Assembly: GCA_964195715.1 (NCBI GenBank)
Contig: CAXMRU010000183.1
Coordinates: 12,509 to 76,508, forward strand
DNA: 64,000 bases
DNA from: Akkermansiaceae bacterium
GTDB lineage: Bacteria > Gemmatimonadota > Gemmatimonadetes > Palauibacterales > Palauibacteraceae
Direction of reading: 5' to 3'
The notes below the pieces were generated by a model. That model had not been told where the DNA came from and did not search any database. It saw only the letters and a program-made list of their open reading frames with translations. Position numbers and translations under genes: made by a program. Shown here piece by piece: positions 59,116 to 64,000 of the stretch (position 1 is its first letter; every line of letters begins with the position of its first letter).

Positions 59116-59925
59116 TCACAGGGTCACACGGCCGAAGCGTCGCTCCCGCCGCTGGTAGTCGAGCACCGCCTCGTACAGATCGCTCTCGCCGAAGTCGGGC
59201 CACAGTACGGGGGTAACATGAATCTCGGAGTATGCGATCTGCCACAGAAGGAAGTTGGAGACTCGCATCTCGCCGGAAGTACGGACGAGCAGATCCGGAT
59301 CCGGAGAGCCCGAGGTGTACAACGCAGAAGCGAACCGATCCTCCGTTATGTCCGCGGGAGAGATTTCGCCCGCGATGCATGCCATTGCGAGGCTTCGCGC
59401 CGCCTGCAGAATCTCGTCCCTGGAACCGTAACTGATGGCCAGGTTGAGCATCAGCTCCTCTCCCCCCTCCGTCGCGCCCTGAATCGATTCGATAGCCCTC
59501 AGAGCCTGCTTCGACAACCGGGAAAGGTCCCCAATCACCCTCACCTGCACTCCCTTGTCCGCCAGCGCCTGTCGCTCGCGCTCGACGTATTCGGACAGCA
59601 ATCGCATCAGCGCCGACACCTCCTCCAGCGGACGCGACCAGTTCTCCTTCGAAAACGCGTACAGGGTCACGTATCTGACTCCGAGATCGAGTGCGCCGGT
59701 CACGCACCGACGAACCGATTTCATTCCCTCCCGGTGGCCCATCCACCGTGGCAGGCCACGCTCCGAGGCCCACCGGCCATTGCCGTCCATGATGATCGCG
59801 ACATGAGCAGGCACATCGCCCCCGGACTGAACCTGCTCCAGCAAGGCATCCAGTCCTTGCTCGCGATCACTCAACTTCACCCCCGCTTGTCTGACCAGAC
59901 CCGACGTGCTCCAGTTCCTGGCCAT
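59116..59925 (-). CDS. uppS: Undecaprenyl diphosphate synthase (ditrans,polycis)
   Basis: HVAIIMDGNGRWA and downstream cis-prenyltransferase motifs. The annotated start overlaps the thiI 3' end by about 59 nt, so the true start may be internal. Confidence 0.85.
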   Translation of the reverse strand: MARNWSTSGLVRQAGVKLSDREQGLDALLEQVQSGGDVPAHVAIIMDGNGRWASERGLPRWMGHREGMKSVRRCVTGALDLGVRYVTLYAFSKENWSRPLEEVSALMRLLSEYVERERQALADKGVQVRVIGDLSRLSKQALRAIESIQGATEGGEELMLNLAISYGSRDEILQAARSLAMACIAGEISPADITEDRFASALYTSGSPDPDLLVRTSGEMRVSNFLLWQIAYSEIHVTPVLWPDFGESDLYEAVLDYQRRERRFGRVTL

Positions 59926-61408
59926 TCCTCGAGAGCCTACGAAGGGCCTTTACACCGCCCAGGAAACTGTAGGCTTCGTAGCCCGCCCTCTGCATCAGAT
60001 CCGCCACGCGGGCGCTCTTGAGACCGAACTCACAGTACAGAATATACGTCCGGTCCTTACTCAGCCGACTGAATTCCGTGAGCAAGCCCGGGTATTCGCG
60101 GTTCTCAGCGCCCTGCCAGTGCCAGTTCCTGTACGACTCCCTGGACCGCGTGTCGAGAACGATCGCTCCGTTCGGTATCGCTCCGGCGAACACGCTCTCG
60201 CCAGCGATGCGAGACAGGTCCAGCGTACGGAGGTCGTACAGACGAGCTCCCGCCAGGCCCGCTTCGAGAACACGGGGATTCAGCCCGGCCTCGTCCCGGA
60301 GAACCGCTTCCGGCGAGGCCGCCGTCGCCGGCCGTCCAGTGCTGATCGAGCAATACTCACGGACCCGCGATGACAGCTCGTACGTACCTATGTGGCGAGA
60401 CCGGGAGATGATCTCCTCCTTGTCCATACCGACCAGCGGGCGCAGGACCGGCAAATCGCTCGCGTCGTCGATCGCCCGGAGGTTCGCCAGGGTCTGCGAC
60501 GACACCTGCCCCACGGCCTCACCCGTGATGATCGCGTCGCCCCCCAGGCGGCGCGCCACGTCCGCCGCCGCCCGGTACATTTCCCGTTTCAGGGCGACCT
60601 GCTGAAAAGCCGGCCGGAAGGCTCGCCGCAGCTCGGCCACGACCGGATCGAAGTCGAGAGACAGGAGGGTCGGCCGGGTTCCGTAGCTCCAGCGGTCCGC
60701 CAGCACGCTGGCCACCTCGAGAACCATCCGCTGGTAAGCATCCCCGCCGAGGTTACAGAACACGTAGTCCAGCGCCACCCCACGACGCAGCATCATCCAG
60801 GCCGCCACTGCCGAATCGAATCCGCCGGACAGGAGACAGACGGCCCTTCCCTCTACCCCGAGCGGAAGCCCTCCCGATCCGGTCGGCCGGCCCGAATAGA
60901 AGAGTGCCCGGTCGTCCCGAACCTCCACGCATACCTCGACCTCGGGATCGGTCAGGTCAACGCTCGCACCCTCGAGCAAGGCGGAGCCCAACTCGCGCTT
61001 CACGTCCTGCGAGTTGAACGAATGCCGACCAGCGCGACGTGCCCGGACCGCGAAACGCTTCCCCCTGACTCGATCAGTAAAGGTCTCGAAACCGACCTTC
61101 ACGATTTCATCCAGCTCCGCCCGACATTCGGCCTCCACCACCGAGAACGAGCTGATCCCGAAGACGCGACTCAGCGGATCTTCCACAGGAGCGTCTGCCC
61201 GCACGTACAACCGGCTCCAATCGGACCGGATGCGGCACGATGCCCCTGAGCTCTCAAGGGAATCACGGACGTTGTCGGCAAGCCGCTTCTGAAAGCGGGA
61301 GCGTGTGCGCCTGCCTTTCGTCGTGATCTCGCCCGTGAGGCGGAGCATGAAGTCGCCCGGGGCCGGAAGTCGGCCAGTTAGAGACTGGTCGGACGGTTGC
61401 TCGATCAT
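59867..61408 (-). CDS. thiI: tRNA 4-thiouridine synthase ThiI (THUMP + PP-loop + rhodanese)
   Basis: THUMP region, PP-loop SGGFDS, and a C-terminal rhodanese-like domain with the active-site Cys (YCEFG). Confidence 0.85.
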   Translation of the reverse strand: MIEQPSDQSLTGRLPAPGDFMLRLTGEITTKGRRTRSRFQKRLADNVRDSLESSGASCRIRSDWSRLYVRADAPVEDPLSRVFGISSFSVVEAECRAELDEIVKVGFETFTDRVRGKRFAVRARRAGRHSFNSQDVKRELGSALLEGASVDLTDPEVEVCVEVRDDRALFYSGRPTGSGGLPLGVEGRAVCLLSGGFDSAVAAWMMLRRGVALDYVFCNLGGDAYQRMVLEVASVLADRWSYGTRPTLLSLDFDPVVAELRRAFRPAFQQVALKREMYRAAADVARRLGGDAIITGEAVGQVSSQTLANLRAIDDASDLPVLRPLVGMDKEEIISRSRHIGTYELSSRVREYCSISTGRPATAASPEAVLRDEAGLNPRVLEAGLAGARLYDLRTLDLSRIAGESVFAGAIPNGAIVLDTRSRESYRNWHWQGAENREYPGLLTEFSRLSKDRTYILYCEFGLKSARVADLMQRAGYEAYSFLGGVKALRRLSRNGQELEHVGSGQTSGGEVE

Positions 61409-61901
61409 GCCATACGTGACCTGTTGCGCCGCCTATCCGGCTCAGGAATCCGGGCGACGACCAGGAATCCTCGAAACCACCAGGGCCACGACGATCCCCA
61501 GTACCGGGATGGCCAGCACTATTGTGATCAAAATGAAGCTGTCTGCGATGAACTCCAACGCGATCTATCCCTTTTTCAGTGAACTCGACATCCTCGGACG
61601 CCATCCAGCAGTCTCCAAAGAACCGCGGTCGGACGCGGCATACTACCGGGCGCATCGGCGCTCAGGCAAGCACCGTTTCTCACACCCATGACTGTTCGGA
61701 TTCGGTACACCCCTTGCCATAGCCGGACGCCCGATATCTGATAATTTACATGACACAAATATATCTTAGCTATGTCTGTGTATACGGTTAAATGGCGTAC
61801 TTAGTTGTGGCATACCTGTTGCTCCTGTTACGGCCAGGGAAAGGCACGCGCCAGAGTGGCGCGGTAACCCTGCGGGGAAAGAATGATTGACGAGGACAGC
61901 C

Positions 61902-62375
61902 ATGTACTACCATGCGGAGAGAAAGATGGAAGGGCTGAAGGCGCTGTTGTCCTTGGCGGCGATCGCCGCCGGGCTGGTACTCTCGAACATGGCTGCCTCC
62001 CCCGCCCTCCATATAGGCTCGGGGACTGTCGACGTGGTCGGCATCTGGCGCTGGGTGCAGCCGGGTGCGGACGCGCGGACCCTTGAAGCCGCGAGCCCCA
62101 CGCTGGAGATCCGCCGGGCGCCCGACGGCGAGCTCGAGGCTACGATTCTCGTTCGCTCGGGGAACCACTTGCGTGAAGCCGACGTCTCCTATGATGCCGG
62201 TCACTTGTGCATGGTGACGAGTGGAGGCGCTTCGTTCAAAGGCCAGCTCAGCGAGGACGGATCCACGATCGAGGGTGTAATACATTACGATGGAGCCCGT
62301 TCCGCTGCCCAGCTGCAACGGGTCGAGCGCCGAAAAATGCGCCGGGCGGCGGAGCGTAGACCGTACGCGACCTGA
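61902..62375 (+). CDS. Hypothetical secreted protein
   Basis: Track ORF starts at the TTG at 61887; ATG candidates lie at 61902 and 61926. Signal-peptide-like MEGLKALLSLAAIAAGLVLSNMAA. No recognisable domain. Weak call. Confidence 0.4.
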   Translation: MYYHAERKMEGLKALLSLAAIAAGLVLSNMAASPALHIGSGTVDVVGIWRWVQPGADARTLEAASPTLEIRRAPDGELEATILVRSGNHLREADVSYDAGHLCMVTSGGASFKGQLSEDGSTIEGVIHYDGARSAAQLQRVERRKMRRAAERRPYAT

Positions 62376-62400
62376 CCCGCCGCCCGAGCATGCAGAGTCA

Positions 62401-63090
62401 CTAGAGAGGCGCCTCCCGCCGAGGTGCCTCTCTCGCTTTGATCTCGATCCGAGACCGCGCCCTGCCCCGCGCTGCCGCGATCGGTAACCGACGTTTCCAG
62501 GGCGCCCACGCCCGGATCGCGAGAAGCACCGCGATGATCGAGAGGAACACCAACGGCTCCCGTGTGTCAGCCTTGACCTTCCACAGGAAGTGTATTCCGG
62601 CCGCGATCGCCGCCACGTAGACGAGCCTGTGCAGGCGTTGCCAATTCTTCCTGAGCCGCCGGATCCAACCCGAAGTCGAGGTGGAGGCCAGGGCGAGCAG
62701 GATCAGCCAGGCCAGGAAGCCGATGGTGATGAAGGGACGCTCGACGATGTCCTCCACGATGTAGCTCCATCCGAAGAACTGGTCCAGAACCAGATACGTG
62801 AGCAGGTGAAGCGTGGCATAGAAGAACGCAAACAGGCCCAACAATCGCCGATATCGGATCCAGCCCGGCCGTCGCGCCAGCCGCCGAAGGGGTGTAACCG
62901 CCAGAGTCACGGTCAGGAGGGACAGGGCCCACCAGCCTGTCCGATGGGTGATCGTCTCGATCGGATTCGAGCCCAGACCGCCTGAGAGCGCCCCGAGACC
63001 GAGCGACACGACGGGTGCAAGACACGCGGCCCAGATCACGACTTTCGCCAGGATCCTCTTTCGGCGCGCCGTTCCCATGGTCAAAAGCAA
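62401..63090 (-). CDS. msrQ: Protein-methionine-sulfoxide reductase heme-binding subunit MsrQ (YedZ)
   Basis: Six-TM ferric-reductase-like protein with conserved His in TM helices (HRTGWW, HLLTYL, HFLWK). Sits immediately 3' of msrP. Confidence 0.75.
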   Translation of the reverse strand: MLLTMGTARRKRILAKVVIWAACLAPVVSLGLGALSGGLGSNPIETITHRTGWWALSLLTVTLAVTPLRRLARRPGWIRYRRLLGLFAFFYATLHLLTYLVLDQFFGWSYIVEDIVERPFITIGFLAWLILLALASTSTSGWIRRLRKNWQRLHRLVYVAAIAAGIHFLWKVKADTREPLVFLSIIAVLLAIRAWAPWKRRLPIAAARGRARSRIEIKAREAPRREAPL

Positions 63091-63121
63091 ACACCGTTCG
63101 GCGCGCCCGACTCGACGGACG

Positions 63122-64000
63122 TCAGTACCACCGGGTCAGATCGAGGTCCGAGTACATATGCGCTACCTGATCGGCGTAGCCGTTGAACATCGCAGTCGGG
63201 CGCCGGCGAAAGTCGCCGATCCGGCGCTCCCTCGCCTGGCTCCACCTGGGGTGATCTACTCCCGGGTTGACGTTTGCGTAGAACCCGTACTCCCGCGGCG
63301 CCGAGAGTGCCCAGCTTGTCGCAGGCATCTCCTCGACGAAGCGCATCCGGACGATGGACTTGATGCTCTTGAACCCATACTTCCACGGCACGACGAGGCG
63401 CAGGGGAGCCCCGTTCTGGTTCGGGAGATCGCGCCCGTATACTCCCGTCGCGAGAAGAGTAAGTGGGTTCATGGCCTCGTCGATACGCAGCCCCTCCACG
63501 TACGGCCAATTCAACACACGACGCTTCTGCCCGGGCATCTGCTCCGGATCGAGGAGCGTGGTAAACTCTACGTACTTCGCCCTGCTCGTCGGCTCAAGTC
63601 GTCGGATCACGTCGCCCAGTGCGACGCCGCTCCATGGAATCACCATGGACCAGGCCTCGACGCAACGCAGGCGGTAAACCCGATCCTCGACCCCGTGCGG
63701 CGCGAGAAGATCGTCCAGGTCGTACACAGCGGGGCGCGCCACCTCGCCCTCGACGGCGACACTCCACGGCCGCGCGACGAGCGCATGGGCTTTGCGAGCG
63801 GGATCTTCTTTTCCTGTCCCAAACTCATAGAAGTTATTGTACCCCGTGACGTCGGCGTACGGCGTCAGGGACTCGTCCAGCTCCGACCGAACGGAGCTCC
63901 AGTCGACCTCTTGGGGACCCATGCCGGGTGTGACAGATCCGTCCCCTGTCGGTCTCGGGGCCGTGCGTGCTTCCATCCGCGGCGGGTCTTCGCAGGCGCT
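63122..64000 (-). CDS. msrP: Protein-methionine-sulfoxide reductase catalytic subunit MsrP (YedY), 5' end beyond window
   Basis: Molybdopterin oxidoreductase fold with [14 protein letters not shown] and PWKYGFKS motifs. The reading frame stays open to position 64000, so the N-terminus and TAT signal are outside the window. Confidence 0.85.
   Translation of the reverse strand, partial: SACEDPPRMEARTAPRPTGDGSVTPGMGPQEVDWSSVRSELDESLTPYADVTGYNNFYEFGTGKEDPARKAHALVARPWSVAVEGEVARPAVYDLDDLLAPHGVEDRVYRLRCVEAWSMVIPWSGVALGDVIRRLEPTSRAKYVEFTTLLDPEQMPGQKRRVLNWPYVEGLRIDEAMNPLTLLATGVYGRDLPNQNGAPLRLVVPWKYGFKSIKSIVRMRFVEEMPATSWALSAPREYGFYANVNPGVDHPRWSQARERRIGDFRRRPTAMFNGYADQVAHMYSDLDLTRWY

Noticed and set aside
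61788-62318. 176-aa - ORF
   Set aside because: Opposite strand of the better-supported secreted-protein gene, with no signal or domain. Judged spurious, though neither call at this locus is strong.
1-64000. CRISPR arrays, IS elements, integrases, tRNA/rRNA genes
   Set aside because: No direct-repeat/spacer periodicity, transposase- or integrase-like ORFs, or tRNA-like T-loop/acceptor structures in any spacer I inspected. Intergenic space is too short except at 61409-61886, which showed no tRNA-like fold by eye.

Overview
This is a high-GC (about 68-70%) bacterial chromosomal segment, gene-dense on both strands, with short intergenic spacers and many start/stop overlaps (ATGA/GTGA). It is very likely from a diderm organism: it carries MlaEFD, RseP, MsrPQ and an mreBCD-mrdA-rodA elongasome. 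Lineage cannot be fixed from sequence alone; a Gemmatimonadota-like high-GC diderm is a guess.

The content is overwhelmingly core housekeeping. Recognisable genes include:
- rsmI and trxA.
- An hsp20-clpB heat-shock pair.
- mlaEFD.
- A Hanks-type Ser/Thr kinase next to a Nif3-family gene.
- proS, hisS, folC, accD.
- mreB-mreC-mreD-mrdA-rodA.
- ald.
- The conserved rimP-nusA-(L7Ae-like)-infB-DUF503-rbfA-truB-ribF-rpsO-pnp supercluster.
- pgeF and murA.
- ptsN next to a PII-like small protein.
- pcrA/uvrD, an orphan histidine kinase, and serS.
- A manC-like / GlmU-like / MBL-hydrolase trio.
- rseP-dxr-cdsA-uppS.
- thiI.
- msrQ and msrP (msrP truncated at the window end).

I found no rRNA, tRNA, CRISPR array, transposase, integrase, or recognisable phage or defence gene. 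The ORF track writes every start as M even when the codon is GTG or TTG, and it contains many long spurious antisense ORFs typical of high-GC DNA; I rejected those.

The loci most worth a second look are:
1. A 1120-aa membrane-anchored coiled-coil protein (DUF4175-like), translationally coupled to rsmI and followed by a TPR lipoprotein that runs off the window start.
2. The ptsN / PII-like / membrane-protein / Zn-phospholipase-C-like cluster.
3. A bacilliredoxin-family gene between hisS and folC.
4. The manC-like + LbH + MBL trio.
5. An anomalous AT-rich (~35% GC) island and a possible 38-codon hydrophobic ORF in the unusually long thiI-upstream spacer.
6. A repetitive acidic NusA tail.

I cannot point to a clearly novel multi-gene system with confidence. 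The candidates above are hypotheses to test. All coordinates not taken directly from the ORF track are approximate (±3 nt).
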